NCBI GenBank assembly: GCA_947628585.1
Contig: CANRAL010000001.1
Location: forward strand, 3,154-67,153
Length of the DNA stretch: 64,000 bases
Direction of reading: 5' to 3'
From: an uncultured Bacilli bacterium
GTDB lineage: Bacteria; Bacillota_I; Bacilli_A; RF39; UBA660
The notes below the pieces were generated by a model, which saw nothing but the letters and a program-made list of their open reading frames with translations, was not told where the DNA came from and made no database searches. Shown in pieces: positions 62,269 through 64,000 of this stretch (position 1 is the first letter of the stretch; each line of letters begins with the position of its first letter). A program made the translations under genes and the position numbers.

Positions 62269-63258
62269 TTAACTTAAATTGTATTTATTAATAACATATT
62301 CTCTTGTACCATCCATTTTATAATGATAGTCTAGAACTAATTCGTTATTTAAAGTTAATTTAATTCGTACAGCGAAACCAACTAGACCAGTATTACTTAA
62401 ATTAGGTATTGGATCAATTTCTCGTGTTACTTCAATGGTTCCATTAAGATTTAATTTTTCAAATTCATTTTTAATTTTAGCAAGTTCACTATCTAAAATA
62501 GGAACTAATACTTCCGGAATATTTTCCTTATTATATACTAAACCATTTAAGGCACAATTATTTTCACTAATATCTACTGCGATAATGTATTTTTCTGTAT
62601 CAAAAGAATTATCTCCATAAGTACATTCAGGTTCTTTAGGTTTGCCTTCCCCAATTGTTAAAGTAGTTTTTATTGGATTACTTTGATTATTAGCTTCATC
62701 TTTAGCAATTATTTCAATTGGATAAGTACCATCTTCAGTAAATGAAGAATAATCGATATTTACGCCTTCTTGAGTCTTGGCTAAATTATAGAATTCTATA
62801 ATGCAGTCTTTATTACTATTGTCAGTACAGCTTTCAACAAAATCTAAGGCCGTATAGGTAGCTCCTTTTTCAATTTTTAATTCCTTTAAAACTAATACGG
62901 GACTAAGAGTATCTACAATTTTTAAAGTTGATGTATATTTTTTATTATGAACTTTAATAAATACTTGATATTCGCCAATATTTTGTAAATTTATATCCGG
63001 ATATTCAACAACAATATCACTTTCTTTAACGTTTTCTAATTTGGAAAAAAATGTTGTTTTATTTGGTAAAGAACCATTAACTTCAATTGCGACTGAATCT
63101 CGAAGTTCAACTACAGCTCCGCTTGGTAGCAAATTATTAAAATAATGAGCTATAAAAAAACATGAAACGATACCTATTAAGCATACACTTATAATGATAA
63201 TTTGGGTAATTGTTTTCTTTTTATTTCGAACTTTTTGTTTAAAAAATTTATTAGCCAT
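62269..63258 (-). CDS. membrane-anchored protein with Ig-like (DUF5011-type) extracellular domains
   Basis: ORF to 63291. ATG 63258 follows GGAGGA. TM IIIISVCLIGIVSCFFIA, and DTLSPVLVLKELKIEKGATYTALDF resembles DUF5011 repeats. Confidence 0.6.
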   Translation of the reverse strand: MANKFFKQKVRNKKKTITQIIIISVCLIGIVSCFFIAHYFNNLLPSGAVVELRDSVAIEVNGSLPNKTTFFSKLENVKESDIVVEYPDINLQNIGEYQVFIKVHNKKYTSTLKIVDTLSPVLVLKELKIEKGATYTALDFVESCTDNSNKDCIIEFYNLAKTQEGVNIDYSSFTEDGTYPIEIIAKDEANNQSNPIKTTLTIGEGKPKEPECTYGDNSFDTEKYIIAVDISENNCALNGLVYNKENIPEVLVPILDSELAKIKNEFEKLNLNGTIEVTREIDPIPNLSNTGLVGFAVRIKLTLNNELVLDYHYKMDGTREYVINKYNLS

Positions 63259-63379
63259 AAGTTCCTCCTTCATATAAATAAAATTATTCAAAGTAATAAT
63301 ATCATAAATTAAAGAATTAAACCATAAAATATCGTAAAAAATGTTGTTTTTGTTGTCAAATTATGTTATTATCTATATT

Positions 63380-63470
63380 GCCAATTGAATTTGGCTAAGT
63401 GGAAGGGAAAGATTTTAGCGGACTTGCCCAATACCACTTACGCGAAAAATATTTATTATATAGGAGGTGT
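63380..63470 (+). promoter_or_regulatory. structured 5' leader of rplK (possible ribosomal-protein autoregulatory element)
   Basis: gccaa/ttggc hairpin, then a long-range aagtgg (63397) / ccactt (63434) stem enclosing GGGAAAGA...GCGGACTTGCCC. Confidence 0.35.
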
Positions 63471-63474
63471 TTTC

Positions 63475-64000
63475 GTGGCAAAAGAAGTCGTAAAGAAAAT
63501 TAAATTACAAATTGAAGCAGGAAAGGCTACTCCTGCCCCACCAGTTGGTACAGTTTTAGGACCTGCTGGAATTAATTTACAAGATTTCTGCTCTAAATTT
63601 AATGAAGCAACTAGAGATAAAATGGGTGATGTTGTACCATGTGAAATTTCTATTTATGATGATCGGAGTTTTGATTTTGTATTAAAGACTGCGCCAGCAC
63701 CATTTTTATTAAAGAAAGCGGCGGGTATTGCTAAGGCTAGTAAAAAAGGTGCAAATGAAATCGTAGCGACTATTAGTAAAGATCAATTACGTAAGATTGC
63801 AGAAGAAAAATTACCTGATTTAAATGCTTATGATGTTGATGCTGCTATGAAAGAAATTGCCGGTACTGCCCGTAATATGGGAATTGCCGTTAAAGGTTTA
63901 AACGATGCTGAACTTGCTGAACAAGCAGCTGAAGCAGCCGAAGAAGAAAAAGAACAATTAAAACGGGAAGCAGAACTTGAAGAATTAGAACAAGAAGCTA
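63475..64000 (+). CDS. rplK: 50S ribosomal protein L11 with unusual Ala/Glu-rich C-terminal extension (runs off window)
   Basis: Not in ORF track because it is truncated. GTG 63475 follows [41 protein letters not shown]...[13 protein letters not shown], then [33 protein letters not shown] continuing. Confidence 0.9.
   Translation, partial: MAKEVVKKIKLQIEAGKATPAPPVGTVLGPAGINLQDFCSKFNEATRDKMGDVVPCEISIYDDRSFDFVLKTAPAPFLLKKAAGIAKASKKGANEIVATISKDQLRKIAEEKLPDLNAYDVDAAMKEIAGTARNMGIAVKGLNDAELAEQAAEAAEEEKEQLKREAELEELEQEA

Noticed and set aside
1-64000. Mollicutes-type genetic code 4 (UGA = Trp), suggested by the extreme AT content
   Set aside because: The tRNA-Trp carries anticodon CCA and TGG is used throughout for conserved Trp positions. 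Genes terminate sensibly at TGA (for example the MerR gene at 34252..34254), and the standard code gives full-length conserved proteins.

Overview
Very AT-rich (roughly 25-30% GC by eye), standard-code, Firmicutes-type chromosomal segment. FemAB, MurE, a SleB-like hydrolase, Cse60 and DUF948/YtxH point to a cell-walled, probably spore-forming lineage.

Backbone genes: eno, an FAD protein, tRNA-Thr, two heterodimeric ABC exporter pairs, a YtrA-type GntR-ABC operon, a Bce-like ABC plus two-component module, tsaC, murE, a GH31 enzyme, trmB, recG and rplK.

Accessory content:
1. A ~2,475-aa M26 (Zmp/IgA-protease-type) surface metalloprotease with an N-terminal cohesin-like domain, a TM hairpin and a split dockerin-like pair.
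2. tRNA-Trp(CCA), followed 1.1 kb later by a decayed tRNA-Trp copy. Next comes a ~6 kb integrase-less island whose tightly packed operon looks assembled from replisome fragments: an XRE-HTH fused to a PolC-type OB fold, two ~340-aa catalytically degenerate mini-PolC paralogs, and a DnaB C-terminal-domain-only ATPase. A stand-alone PD-(D/E)xK-like gene sits just upstream as its own terminated unit. This is my best candidate for an undescribed system.
3. Five secreted proteins sharing a TasA/camelysin (SipW-class) style signal peptide, split by recG. The largest carries a sharply bounded ~100 bp adenine-depleted, GC3-rich patch near its 3' end that looks like a diversity-generating-retroelement variable region. 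No template repeat or reverse transcriptase is present in the window.

I saw no CRISPR array, rRNA, transposase or integrase. All homology calls are by-eye motif recognition, not database searches.
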